Positions 11,490 to 20,960 of a stretch of DNA of 64,000 nucleotides are shown in pieces. Source of the DNA: Candidatus Multivoradales bacterium (GTDB lineage Bacteria; Acidobacteriota; Thermoanaerobaculia; Multivoradales; JAHEKO01); the NCBI GenBank assembly GCA_965223155.1, contig CBDCVR010000015.1:672001-736000 (forward strand). The letters run 5' to 3'. A program made the position numbers and the translations under genes. The stretch's first letter is position 1, and each line of letters opens with the position of its first letter. The notes below the pieces were generated by a model. The model saw only the letters and a program-made list of their open reading frames with translations. It was not told the DNA's origin and searched no databases.

Positions 11490-13222
11490 GCGGTCCGGAG
11501 CGTCCAGAGCGCCCGGAGCGTCGTGAGAGCCGGGGCAAGGCGGAGTCCACTCGCGGCAGCCACTTCATCAAGGCGATGATCGAGGCCGACCTCGCCTTGG
11601 GCAAGCACGACTCGATCCGCACCCGCTTCCCACCGGAGCCCAACGGCTACCTCCACATCGGCCACGCCAAGTCGATGTGCCTCAACTTCGGCCTGGCCCG
11701 GGAGTTCGGCGGCACCTGCAACCTGCGCTTCGACGACTCGAATCCCCTTACCGAGCGCCAGGAGTACGTGGACGCCATCCGGCGGGACATCGAGTGGATG
11801 GGCTTTTCCTGGGACGAGGAGCGCTTCGCGTCCGACTACTTCGAACAGCTCTACGCCTGGGCGGTCGAGCTCATCCAGAAGGGCCTCGCCTACGTGGACG
11901 ATCTCTCCGCCGAGGAAATTCGCGCCCACCGGGGCACGCTCACCGAGCCGGGCACGAACAGTCCGTATCGCGACCGCGCGGTCGAGGAAAACCTGGATCT
12001 TTTCGAGCGTATGAAAGCCGGCGAGTTCGAAGACGGAGCCAAAGTGCTCCGCGCCAAGATCGACATGGCGGCCGGCAACCTCAACCTGCGCGACCCGGTC
12101 CTCTACCGGATCCTCAAAGCCGAGCACTACCGGCGCGGCTCCGACTGGTCGATCTATCCGACCTACGACTTCACCCACGGCCAGTCCGACTCGCTCGAAG
12201 GCATCACCCACTCGCTCTGCACCCTGGAGTTCGAGGATCACCGGCCGCTCTACGACTGGTTCATCGACTCGCTCGGCATCTACCCGTCCGAACAGACCGA
12301 GTTCGCCCGGCTCAACCTCTCCTACACCGTGCTCTCCAAGCGCAAGCTCAAGCGCCTGGTCGAGGAGGGGCACGTCGAGGGCTGGGACGATCCGCGCATG
12401 CCGACGCTCTCCGGCCTACGGCGGCGCGGCATCCCACCGGCGGCGATCCGGGACTTCTGCGACCGCATCGGAGTGGCCAAGGCCGACAGCCTGATCGACG
12501 TGGCGCTCCTCGAGCACTGCGTGCGCGAGCATTTGAACAAGTCCGCCCCTCGGCGCATGGCGGTGCTCGATCCGCTCAAGGTGGTGCTCGAGAACTATCC
12601 CGAAGATCGGGTCGAAGAGCTCGACGCGGTCAACAATCCGGAAGACGAATCCGCCGGTAGGCGCAAGGTGCCCTTTTCGCGCGAGCTCTGGATCGAGCGC
12701 GCCGATTTCCTGGAAGACCCGCCCAAGAAGTTCTTCCGGCTGGCTCCCGGACGCGAGGTACGCTTGCGCTGGGGCTACTTCATCAAGTGCGTGGACGTCG
12801 TCAAGGACGACGCCGGCGAGGTCGTCGAGCTTCGCTGCACCTACGATCCGGAGACCCGCGGCGGCCACGCCCCGGACGGCCGCAAGGTACGGGGCACCAT
12901 CCACTGGGTCTCGGCCGCCCACGCCGTCGAGATCGAGGCCCATCTGATCGACCGCCTGTTCACACGGGAGAACCCCGACGAAACCGACACAGGCGGCGCC
13001 TTTCTGGACAACCTCAATCCGGATTCGACCTCGATCCGGAGCCCAGCCTACGCCGAGCCGGCCGTGGCCGAAGCCGAGCCAGGAACTCCCATCCAGTTCG
13101 AGCGTCTCGGCTACTTTGCCCGGGACGCCAAGACGACCGGAGCCGAGGAGCGGCCCGTCTTCCTGCGCACCACGACGCTGCGCGACACCTGGGCCAAGCT
13201 CCAGAAGCGACGCTCGGGCTGA
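11486..13222 (+). CDS. glnS: Glutamine--tRNA ligase
   Basis: [49 protein letters not shown]. Confidence 0.95.
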   Translation: MSGPERPERPERRESRGKAESTRGSHFIKAMIEADLALGKHDSIRTRFPPEPNGYLHIGHAKSMCLNFGLAREFGGTCNLRFDDSNPLTERQEYVDAIRRDIEWMGFSWDEERFASDYFEQLYAWAVELIQKGLAYVDDLSAEEIRAHRGTLTEPGTNSPYRDRAVEENLDLFERMKAGEFEDGAKVLRAKIDMAAGNLNLRDPVLYRILKAEHYRRGSDWSIYPTYDFTHGQSDSLEGITHSLCTLEFEDHRPLYDWFIDSLGIYPSEQTEFARLNLSYTVLSKRKLKRLVEEGHVEGWDDPRMPTLSGLRRRGIPPAAIRDFCDRIGVAKADSLIDVALLEHCVREHLNKSAPRRMAVLDPLKVVLENYPEDRVEELDAVNNPEDESAGRRKVPFSRELWIERADFLEDPPKKFFRLAPGREVRLRWGYFIKCVDVVKDDAGEVVELRCTYDPETRGGHAPDGRKVRGTIHWVSAAHAVEIEAHLIDRLFTRENPDETDTGGAFLDNLNPDSTSIRSPAYAEPAVAEAEPGTPIQFERLGYFARDAKTTGAEERPVFLRTTTLRDTWAKLQKRRSG

Positions 13223-13232
13223 GGTCGGCGGC

Positions 13233-14123
13233 CTACTCGCCTCGGGCTTTTTCGAGCTCGGCCAAGTACGGCTTCAACGCGCGATTGGCGGTGTGGCCGA
13301 TGTGGAGAACCGCTCGCTCGCCGACCTCCAGATACCGGACCGTCAGCCCGTCGGCCAGAGCCAGCGCCATCGCCAGCTGCATCGTGTCGTAGTCGTAGAG
13401 GGCGGTCTGGGCGGCCGCCTTCCGGCCGCGCCCCAGGCCCAACCGCCCGAGCGGGCCGGCCAGCCGGCCGGGCGCCGAGCGATAGACGTCGAGCCCGATC
13501 CGGTGCCGATCCAGAATCCTGAGCAATGCCGCCGTCCGGACGACGAGGAAGTGCGTTCGCGGCAGGCGCAGAACCGACCCGTCCTGCTCATCGACCGCGA
13601 CCTCGCGCACGAATCCGGGGTCGTCCGGCACCGCCAGGAAATCCTCCTCGCGCCACGCCACCGGTCCGAAGAGCTTCGGATCGAAGACATAGCAATCGTG
13701 ATCCAGCATCGTGAAGTCGCGACCGATCGAGCGCACCACCGCTTCGAGCACCGCCCCGTGGCGCAGAAACGTGCCCGGAAGGGTCGGCAGCCGAAGGCCT
13801 CGCGCTTCCGGAAACTCGCGACCGATCGTCTCGATCCCGGCGTCCGCCACTCCGTTGTACAGCAAGAGGATTGGCACCTCTCGGGGCACGAGCTTGAGAC
13901 AGAGCCGGAGCCAGCGCATGGTCTCGGGCACGACCACGAGCACCGCCGGCCGCTCCTCACTGGCCACCCCGGCGAAAAACTCCCGCAGCCTGGGCAGCGC
14001 CCGCGCCAGCCGCCGCCGATTCACCGGCTCGGCCAGCCACCGGTATCCACGAACGCCCAGGCCCGGCAGATGAGCATGCCGCCTGAGACGGCGGAGCAGG
14101 CGATTCTCGGATCGGCTCGTCAC
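13233..14123 (-). CDS. Hypothetical protein, possibly GT-A glycosyltransferase-like
   Basis: 296 aa ORF with LDHDC (DxD-like) motif; host-like codon usage. Confidence 0.5.
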   Translation of the reverse strand: MTSRSENRLLRRLRRHAHLPGLGVRGYRWLAEPVNRRRLARALPRLREFFAGVASEERPAVLVVVPETMRWLRLCLKLVPREVPILLLYNGVADAGIETIGREFPEARGLRLPTLPGTFLRHGAVLEAVVRSIGRDFTMLDHDCYVFDPKLFGPVAWREEDFLAVPDDPGFVREVAVDEQDGSVLRLPRTHFLVVRTAALLRILDRHRIGLDVYRSAPGRLAGPLGRLGLGRGRKAAAQTALYDYDTMQLAMALALADGLTVRYLEVGERAVLHIGHTANRALKPYLAELEKARGE

Positions 14124-14186
14124 GGGCCGAATCTATCGGGAGCGGAAAGGCATTGAGGGCAACTTAGCGACATCTCTTGCTCCCAG

Positions 14187-14216
14187 TTGACAACGGACGA
14201 TTGACAGAGCTATAAG
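14187..14216 (+). promoter_or_regulatory. Candidate sigma70 promoter TTGACA-N18-TATAAG
   Basis: Near-consensus hexamers ~95 bp upstream of the + strand island operon. Confidence 0.4.
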
Positions 14217-14309
14217 ACAACCAGTGGTTGAGTGATTGAGTGGCCTGTTCAAAGTGGGCAGGCTTGTGTTTACGGGTTCGTGAACCTGTTGGCAACACGG
14301 GGAACGGAA

Positions 14310-15383
14310 ATGGATCGCAAGAAGTGGTTCCTAGAAGTAGGAAAGCATTTTGGATACCTCGTACTGGGATTCGTGGTTCCAGTAGCAGTAGTCGTCTGGC
14401 CCTATTGGTCAACTCTCAGATGGAGGCCAACCTTCTTGCCGCTCGCCTTGTTCCTTTTCTTCACGTTCCTGTTGTTGCTCTTTCTTTCGAATCAACTAGG
14501 CCAAGAAGAAGTCGAAAGGGGGCCAGAGCTCCAATCGTTCGTGGATTTCGTGCTCTGGAGTGGCAAGCGGGCCGTTCTGGCGGCGGCCATCATAGGGGCT
14601 CTCGTTCTCTTCTTGTACTTTTCGGTGCCATATGACCCCAGTAAGAACTCGGTCACATACAGGCTTGGAGAGGCGCTTGGACTCTATGTTGGGATCGTCG
14701 GAGTTCTTATCGGGCTTCAGTTCCTGTACTGGCAGGACCACGCCATTACCGACTATCAGCAACTCCTGGCGGCGATGACAAACGATCTGAAGCTCGCCCA
14801 TCGGAACAGGGAGCCGCTGTCCCTTGTCTTCATGGCACCAAACATCGGCTACTTTCGAGCCCTTGACGACCACCTTCGACAGGACCCAAACGGAGATTCC
14901 TCGATGGCCCCACAAACAAAGTCGGTTGGGAACACTGCAGGTGGACTCTACGAGGAATTTCGCCAGCAGGCAGTCGTCTCCGCACCGAGGGGAAGCACGA
15001 TCGTTTGTCACGAGCGCAAGCACTTCGCCAGCTTGTACCGGGCCTACTGCATCCAAGCGAAGATGTCCGACGCGGACACGAGAACCTTCGCGGATAAATG
15101 CGCGAAGGAAGCGACGTCGCTCCTGAGCAGCTTTGAGGGGCTCGGAGGGGTCGTCAAGGAACTCAACCCAGGCGATTTTCCGCGAGAAATAGTGGTAATC
15201 GGTCCTGTTTGCTACCTCTTGTTTCCGCACGGCCTGCCAGTTTGGAAGCAAAGTGAGTCCACGTACGAGCCCAGCACGGATCCACCGATCGGAGGGCTCG
15301 CGAGTCTGATCGCCTATCGCCGCGAGGATCGAATCCTTGCCCGCATAACCCAGAAACGAATTGAAGAACTTGGAGGCACCTGA
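14310..15383 (+). CDS. Hypothetical membrane protein (about 4 N-terminal TM helices plus soluble domain)
   Basis: Hydrophobic N-terminal half; first gene of tightly coupled operon. Confidence 0.7.
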   Translation: MDRKKWFLEVGKHFGYLVLGFVVPVAVVVWPYWSTLRWRPTFLPLALFLFFTFLLLLFLSNQLGQEEVERGPELQSFVDFVLWSGKRAVLAAAIIGALVLFLYFSVPYDPSKNSVTYRLGEALGLYVGIVGVLIGLQFLYWQDHAITDYQQLLAAMTNDLKLAHRNREPLSLVFMAPNIGYFRALDDHLRQDPNGDSSMAPQTKSVGNTAGGLYEEFRQQAVVSAPRGSTIVCHERKHFASLYRAYCIQAKMSDADTRTFADKCAKEATSLLSSFEGLGGVVKELNPGDFPREIVVIGPVCYLLFPHGLPVWKQSESTYEPSTDPPIGGLASLIAYRREDRILARITQKRIEELGGT

Positions 15384-15385
15384 AT

Positions 15386-16387
15386 ATGAAGAAGTTCCTC
15401 GTCACCCTCGCGATTCTCGGGCTGCTAGGACTCGCCGCCACATTGTGGAAACGTAGCGAGCCGCCTCCGAAGGACCTTGATGCGCCCGATGAGGTCAACG
15501 TGGCCATCGTCTCCATCGTCGAGATCCCACCGATCGTGGACTTGCGGGAGGGCTTTCGCGAACGCCTGGCCGACCCGATAGTCGAGGCGCGATACCGGTT
15601 TACGTTCGAGGAATTTCATGCCCAGGGAGACTCTACGCTCGTTGCGCAAGTTGCCGACGAGGTTAGTTTGTCCAGGCCAGACGCTGCTTATGTCCTCGGC
15701 ACACCTCTCGCAGCGGCCATCCAGAACAAATCCCCCGACCTTCTGGTTGTCCAGGGAGCAGTCACCGACCCCGTTTCTGCTGGATTGGCTGACTCTTGGC
15801 TTGGTTCGGGGCGCCAGTATGTAGCTACCTCCGACCTTCCTCCCATCGTGCGAATCCTGGAAACACTCAACCGCCTGATCCAAGGCCAGCCGATTGGAGT
15901 CATCTACAACCCGAGCGAAGGCAACTCGGTCGCCGTCATCGAGAGGGTCCGGACGGAAACCAAACGGCGGGGGATCTCGCTAGTCGAGCAGCCGGTCGCA
16001 AGTGGAGGGGATGTCGCCACCGCAACTCAGCGTTTGGTCGGCTCGGTAGGGGCCCTTTTCGTCCCTCCAGACAATACGGTGCACGCCAACCTGGCATCCC
16101 TGGGCGCGATTGCCGACCAAGCCAAGCTCCCTTGGTTTGCAACCACAGGCTCGGCGCTCCAAGAGGGTGCGTTCGGTGCCGTGGAGACGAGCTTTCGGGA
16201 ACTTGGCTGGGAGGCTGCCAACCTCCTGCTAGCTGTCCTGGCCAAGAACGACGCATCGACCATGCCCATTCGCCATCTGGAGGATGCCGACATCGTCCTC
16301 GAAGCGGACCGTCTAGAGTTCTTCGGCCTTGACGCCCGCCGCCTCGGTGACGTGTCGGATGTCCGTCTCATCAACGCTTCCGACTGA
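15386..16387 (+). CDS. ABC transporter substrate-binding protein (ABC_sub_bind/TrpX-like)
   Basis: Signal anchor; AVTDPVSAGL, IGVIYNPSEGNS, VPPDNTV motifs. Confidence 0.85.
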   Translation: MKKFLVTLAILGLLGLAATLWKRSEPPPKDLDAPDEVNVAIVSIVEIPPIVDLREGFRERLADPIVEARYRFTFEEFHAQGDSTLVAQVADEVSLSRPDAAYVLGTPLAAAIQNKSPDLLVVQGAVTDPVSAGLADSWLGSGRQYVATSDLPPIVRILETLNRLIQGQPIGVIYNPSEGNSVAVIERVRTETKRRGISLVEQPVASGGDVATATQRLVGSVGALFVPPDNTVHANLASLGAIADQAKLPWFATTGSALQEGAFGAVETSFRELGWEAANLLLAVLAKNDASTMPIRHLEDADIVLEADRLEFFGLDARRLGDVSDVRLINASD

Positions 16388-16390
16388 CCT

Positions 16391-17275
16391 GTGTGGGAAG
16401 TAAAGGTCGGGATAGTTGCCGCGGAGGGGTTGATCTTTTCAATGGTAGCGCTTGGAGTCTTCGTCTCATTCCATTGGACCCGATTCCCGGATCTGACACC
16501 GGACGGGACCTTTATTCTTGGCGCTGCGGTAGCTGGAGCCTTTAGCGAGGCCGTCCCGTCGCCCCTCCTGATTCTCTTCATCGCCGCGGTAGGCGGTGCA
16601 ACATTCGGCGCCATTACTGCAATTCTCAACCGCTTGCTCCGTATTCCGGCCGTGGTCGCCGGAATGCTCGTAGCTTCCGCGTTGTACTCGATTTCTTGGT
16701 TGCTAATGGGGGCACCCACCCGCCTTGTGCCGAGAGCACGCACAATCGCCGGCAGCCTGGACCTTGAACCTGCGCTCTGGGCGTTGGTCGCATTTCTCTC
16801 TGTCCTTGTGGCAGCCACGGTTGCCGGCCTAGCTCTCTGCGGAGACTCCTCAGACGGACTCAAAATACGGAGCGTCCGGGAGAATCCCCGACTAGAGGTC
16901 GAAGTCGGTCTGTCGGACAACAAGGCAACCCTGGTAGGACTGGGCGTCGGGAATGGCTTGGTGGCGCTGGCCGGCGCGCTACTGACACAGCGTAGCTTCA
17001 CGGCAGATATCCAAATGGGTGTTGGAATCACCATCGTGGGCCTTGCAGGGCTCATGCTCGGAGGAATGCTAGTTCGAGACAACTCGAGAACATACGTACT
17101 CCTGCTCGCAATCGTACTCGGGAGTCTGCTCTACAAAGCCTTGGTCTTCTTGGCATTGGAACTCGGACTTCCAGCCGAGTCGTTTCGCCTCATGACAGCG
17201 GTAATTCTCGGCGGTGGGTACTTGCTTGTCCACCGCGAGTCGATGGATTTCCTCCGCAGCTTGAGGTGGTCTTGA
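16391..17275 (+). CDS. ABC transporter permease
   Basis: FPDLTPDGTF, GNGLVALAGAL, ADIQMGVG motifs. Confidence 0.85.
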   Translation: MWEVKVGIVAAEGLIFSMVALGVFVSFHWTRFPDLTPDGTFILGAAVAGAFSEAVPSPLLILFIAAVGGATFGAITAILNRLLRIPAVVAGMLVASALYSISWLLMGAPTRLVPRARTIAGSLDLEPALWALVAFLSVLVAATVAGLALCGDSSDGLKIRSVRENPRLEVEVGLSDNKATLVGLGVGNGLVALAGALLTQRSFTADIQMGVGITIVGLAGLMLGGMLVRDNSRTYVLLLAIVLGSLLYKALVFLALELGLPAESFRLMTAVILGGGYLLVHRESMDFLRSLRWS

Positions 17276-17955
17276 AACTCCAGCGGGTACAGCGCACCTT
17301 CCCGGCCTTCGAGCTGGACATTCCCGATCTCTACATCGGTGCTGGCAACATGACCTTCCTCATCGGGGGCAATGGCAGCGGCAAGAGCGTTTGGCTTCAA
17401 GCGCTCTTGGAGGAGAGTCGAGCGCCAGGATCCGAGGCTTGGCCGGTCGTCGGGCTTGTTCGCCAGCATGCCGATCACAATCTGGCACCTTCGCTGACAC
17501 TGGAACAAAATCTCATAACAAGACTCGCCTCTCGCGGCTTTGGTGCCCGACTCTGGCCGGCTCGGTTCCTCCGAGGCGAGGTCGGGAAACTGCTGGAGCC
17601 GCATCCAACGCTTCGTCACCAAGCCACGGTTCGCGTCGACAGGCTTTCGATGGGGCAGCGACAGCTCTTGGCCTACCTGACATCGTCACAGCGGGACGTT
17701 GAGCTGCTCTTGCTGGATGAATTCTTGGCAGCTGCCGACGTCATCGTTCGGAAGCAACTCCTAGCCTCGGTCCGAAGGTTCCTTGCTCAATGCGACCGAG
17801 CCGCCATCATTGTGTCGCACGACCTTCGACTGGTGATCGACGAAGCTAGTCGGGTGCTTGTCTTCAGCGGAGGGCGCTTGGTGGCAGATGTACACTGCGA
17901 CACCTCCCCTTTCTCAGAAAAAGAGATGCTTCGATTGATGCGCGTCAGCGAATGA
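17266..17955 (+). CDS. ABC transporter ATP-binding protein
   Basis: Walker A GGNGSGKS, LSMGQRQ, LLLLDE, VSHDL. Confidence 0.85.
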   Translation: MVLKLQRVQRTFPAFELDIPDLYIGAGNMTFLIGGNGSGKSVWLQALLEESRAPGSEAWPVVGLVRQHADHNLAPSLTLEQNLITRLASRGFGARLWPARFLRGEVGKLLEPHPTLRHQATVRVDRLSMGQRQLLAYLTSSQRDVELLLLDEFLAAADVIVRKQLLASVRRFLAQCDRAAIIVSHDLRLVIDEASRVLVFSGGRLVADVHCDTSPFSEKEMLRLMRVSE

Positions 17956-18908
17956 GGGGATCGCACTGGCTCGGGCTGTTCTTTGTGGCGACCGTGGTCG
18001 CATCGATCGCCTACTTTCTGTCCCCTCGGAGCGGAGCTCTAGCCGGCTCCGTGGTAAGCGCGTCACTTGAGGAACAACCGCTGAGAGGAGAAGTCGTGGC
18101 CGCGCTTCGCCTCATCGAGGGTGATCACGGAGAAATTACGGCAAACCGAATCGCAGAGCTCAGAACTATCGCGAGCCAGGGCCTGTGGCGGCAGGGGTGT
18201 TCCTCTGACTTCGAGGTGGCTCTTACCACTGTCATCAAGTACTTCGACCTCCCATTTCCGAAGCCGTGGGGCCCTGAGAGCATCGAAGTGCTCTGTGACC
18301 CCGTTCGCGTTATTTACCCCGACGCCAACGACGGTCTCGATCAAACTGTGGTCCAGCTCGAAGACTCGAGCCTATTCAAATCTAACGACGTCGCCGAGCT
18401 CATCGATACTTGTGCGCGCTTCGAGGCTGGCTCAATAAGAAGTACCGTCTCGATCCAGGACCGAGCCTTCACGTTGTACAACGTCGCTTCGCCTGAGAGG
18501 GCCAATCAGCGGAAGAAGGTTGCTACCGACCTGCGCCTGATTCGAGATCGATACTGCCAGCGGGGTGCCAACAGGCACGTCCTAATAGTCGCGGCTCGAA
18601 TTCACAACCCTGGCCCCTTGCCCAACGCAATTCGTGGGCACGCAGTTGTCGAACTTCGACCTCGGACCGCGAAATCAGGCGTTGTGGTTCCTCTAACGTT
18701 GACAGGAGACGGAACGATCCCGGCCGGGCAGAGCACCACTAGTATTTTCCTCTCAGCTACTATCGACTCGCCCGAAACCAGCAGTCAGCCCAGCGTCAGC
18801 GATCTCTACCGGCACGGAGCCGACGCAACTCTCGGTCTCACAGACATCTATGAACGGGAAATCAAACTTCCGTTTGAATTCTCGACGACGGCCGATCGCC
18901 GGGATTAG
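17952..18908 (+). CDS. Hypothetical exported/membrane-anchored protein
   Basis: N-terminal TM/signal; ATGA overlap with ATPase gene. Confidence 0.65.
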   Translation: MRGSHWLGLFFVATVVASIAYFLSPRSGALAGSVVSASLEEQPLRGEVVAALRLIEGDHGEITANRIAELRTIASQGLWRQGCSSDFEVALTTVIKYFDLPFPKPWGPESIEVLCDPVRVIYPDANDGLDQTVVQLEDSSLFKSNDVAELIDTCARFEAGSIRSTVSIQDRAFTLYNVASPERANQRKKVATDLRLIRDRYCQRGANRHVLIVAARIHNPGPLPNAIRGHAVVELRPRTAKSGVVVPLTLTGDGTIPAGQSTTSIFLSATIDSPETSSQPSVSDLYRHGADATLGLTDIYEREIKLPFEFSTTADRRD

Positions 18909-19630
18909 TCCTTTCGCCACACGTAGGACCTGTAGGAATGCGAACCATTCTTCAGCAAAGGCGCCAAGCCATTTGTCATGTAGTCGTTGAGTTCGTTGAG
19001 AATCTCACATCCTGGAGAGCGCGGTCCTGCAATCACCTCGAACTGCCTCCTGCGGAGGCTGTTTCCCTCGACTAACGCTCTCCAGACGCCACTAGAGAGA
19101 TCCACGTTCCTAACCTCGGTGAGACCACACGCTGCCGCGAAGGCTTCTAGGTCATCGAAGAACTCCTTCGGCCCTCCGTCAGCAATGACCAGCAAACCCT
19201 TCTTCTTGAGAGTTCTGGCCGAGCCCGCGACGAATCCTGAAACCGATTCGATCGAGTGCATTGCTTCAAGACAGAAGACGACATCGATCGAAGCGTGCTG
19301 AATCGGCAAAGCGCCTCCATCAGAAACCACTGCGAAGATGCTGGATCTCCTGGACCCGGCCTCGAACGCATGGCTAGGAAGCCGGTCCAGACAGATAACG
19401 GAAGCCACGCGCAGGTTCTCAAGGAGAATTCGCGCCGGCCCTCCGTGACCGGAACCAACATCTAGCAAGCGCCTCCCGGCCAGAGGCATAGAGCCGGCTA
19501 CCTCTAGGACGAGTTCCCGTTGATCCGCGGGATACCCCCGGGCTGCCGACCGAGCGTAGCCATGATTCAAGAAGGGCAGCTTTCCGGGCGGTATCAAACG
19601 AGCCGCCTGCTCGAACCAAGCTCGGGACAC
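18905..19630 (-). CDS. Class I SAM-dependent methyltransferase
   Basis: FLNHGY, LLDVGSGHGG (motif I), IDVVFCLEAMH, LKKKGLLVIAD. Confidence 0.85.
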   Translation of the reverse strand: MSRAWFEQAARLIPPGKLPFLNHGYARSAARGYPADQRELVLEVAGSMPLAGRRLLDVGSGHGGPARILLENLRVASVICLDRLPSHAFEAGSRRSSIFAVVSDGGALPIQHASIDVVFCLEAMHSIESVSGFVAGSARTLKKKGLLVIADGGPKEFFDDLEAFAAACGLTEVRNVDLSSGVWRALVEGNSLRRRQFEVIAGPRSPGCEILNELNDYMTNGLAPLLKNGSHSYRSYVWRKD

Positions 19631-19670
19631 AAGAGCCTCTTACTATCTCAGTGCCGCCTGTTGCACAGAA

Positions 19671-20534
19671 TCAACAATATTGGGAACGAACACTTGCTAG
19701 CTCGTCAAGAAGAACTTCACCAAGGTCTGTACATCTGGCATGTCGCTCCAAACCGCTCAAGCCCTCTGCAAACTTCGCTCGATAATCGTCCACAACTGCT
19801 GATCCCACTCGAACGCTTGGCGGCCACCGAGAATGCAGCATCAGCAGCCTTGCTAGGACGAAAACCGCGTGGAGTACTGCATCCAACGGTCTTGGTTCCG
19901 TTCGAAAAGGAGAAGGGCCGTACTCCTCGGGATTCTGCAGCGGCTGAAAGAAATAGTTCCGAAGAAGAAGCTCGAGATGGGTCGCCTCATGAACTAGAAG
20001 GTCGAGGAGCAAGATCTGAGAATTGAATGCACTTTCTTCAAGAAAGACAGCGCCGAAAGCGCTAGTACTAGTGGCTGAGCGAAGCCGGTGAGCACGGATC
20101 GAGACTACGACAGGAGCCAGCCGAATCAGGATTGCTTGTTGCTGCGGCCAGATCCTTTCCAGGAACACAAGGGAGTTCGACAGTTGCAACTGTCGCATCT
20201 CGCTTTCCGAGGAAAGACACACATCTTCTGCGAAGGCCAAACCACTCGAGAATTCTGAAAGAGCGGCTGCCACCCAGCCTCTAGAGCCAGCCGCTTCGGA
20301 AGTAAGCAATCCAGGAGATGGCCGGACAGCGTCGCGACTCAGGTCGTAGTTCGTGCCGACCGGACCCACAGCTGCCCAATAAAGATCCGGAGAGCGGTCC
20401 TCTATCTTGAAACCGTGATTTCCGAATCTCGCGCGGAGTCGCAACTCGACAGCTTGCCAAAAAAAATCAAGCAACGGAACAAGTCCGTCGAGATCCGGCT
20501 CTACCTCAACGAGTGACCGGACCGGTACTTGCAC
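19671..20534 (-). CDS. HEXXH-motif protein (aKG-HExxH peptide beta-hydroxylase-like)
   Basis: SATSTSAFGAVFL, LLVHEATHLEL, SPFRTEPRPLDAVLHAVFV match the S..AFGA / HExxH / SPWR..PRP...LH pattern of the family. Confidence 0.8.
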   Translation of the reverse strand: MQVPVRSLVEVEPDLDGLVPLLDFFWQAVELRLRARFGNHGFKIEDRSPDLYWAAVGPVGTNYDLSRDAVRPSPGLLTSEAAGSRGWVAAALSEFSSGLAFAEDVCLSSESEMRQLQLSNSLVFLERIWPQQQAILIRLAPVVVSIRAHRLRSATSTSAFGAVFLEESAFNSQILLLDLLVHEATHLELLLRNYFFQPLQNPEEYGPSPFRTEPRPLDAVLHAVFVLARLLMLHSRWPPSVRVGSAVVDDYRAKFAEGLSGLERHARCTDLGEVLLDELASVRSQYC

Positions 20535-20539
20535 GCGAC

Positions 20540-20713
20540 TCAGGTCGGTTGACGTGCTGGACGTACTGCCCTCGATCTCATCCTGCCCTCAGTGCTGGAC
20601 TTTTCGCCCTTCGGAGGTGCGAAGCAATAGGATCGTGAGTGTGCGTCAAGCCTTCGAGCAAGCTCTTCCAAATCCACCTCCAGATGAGATGGAAGCTCAG
20701 CTTTTGTTGTCAT
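20540..20713 (-). CDS. Putative RiPP precursor peptide (57 aa)
   Basis: GAGGAG RBS 6 nt before ATG; acidic leader-like LEVDLEELARRLD then HSRSYCFAPP; ends 5 bp before the HExxH gene. Confidence 0.55.
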   Translation of the reverse strand: MTTKAELPSHLEVDLEELARRLDAHSRSYCFAPPKGEKSSTEGRMRSRAVRPARQPT

Positions 20714-20735
20714 CTCGGGCTCCTCGTTGTTCACA

Positions 20736-20744
20736 ATTGTACCA
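20736..20744 (-). promoter_or_regulatory. Candidate extended -10 promoter TGGTACAAT
   Basis: TGn-TACAAT ~22 nt upstream of the small ORF start. Confidence 0.45.
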
Positions 20745-20960
20745 AAGAAGGGACTTTTCGCTAGGGTTCCTTCCCCTGAGTACGACGGCACAGGGCGCTC
20801 TGCCTCTATCAATTGTTACCTCGCCCGGGACTTCTCCAAGCAGATACAGTGCCAGGCTTAGAGCTTCAGGGTTCTCGATCTCTCCTCCCGCGGTTGGCAA
20901 TCCTCCACGGTCCGGCTACACTCGCGCGGTCACTGCGCAGGCCGGTTTCGAACCCCGCGG

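Larger units (their letters stand above)
14165..20900. other. Lower-GC horizontally acquired island (approximate bounds)
   Basis: Visibly more A/T and A/T-ending codons than flanks; no integrase or att repeat seen. Confidence 0.65.
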
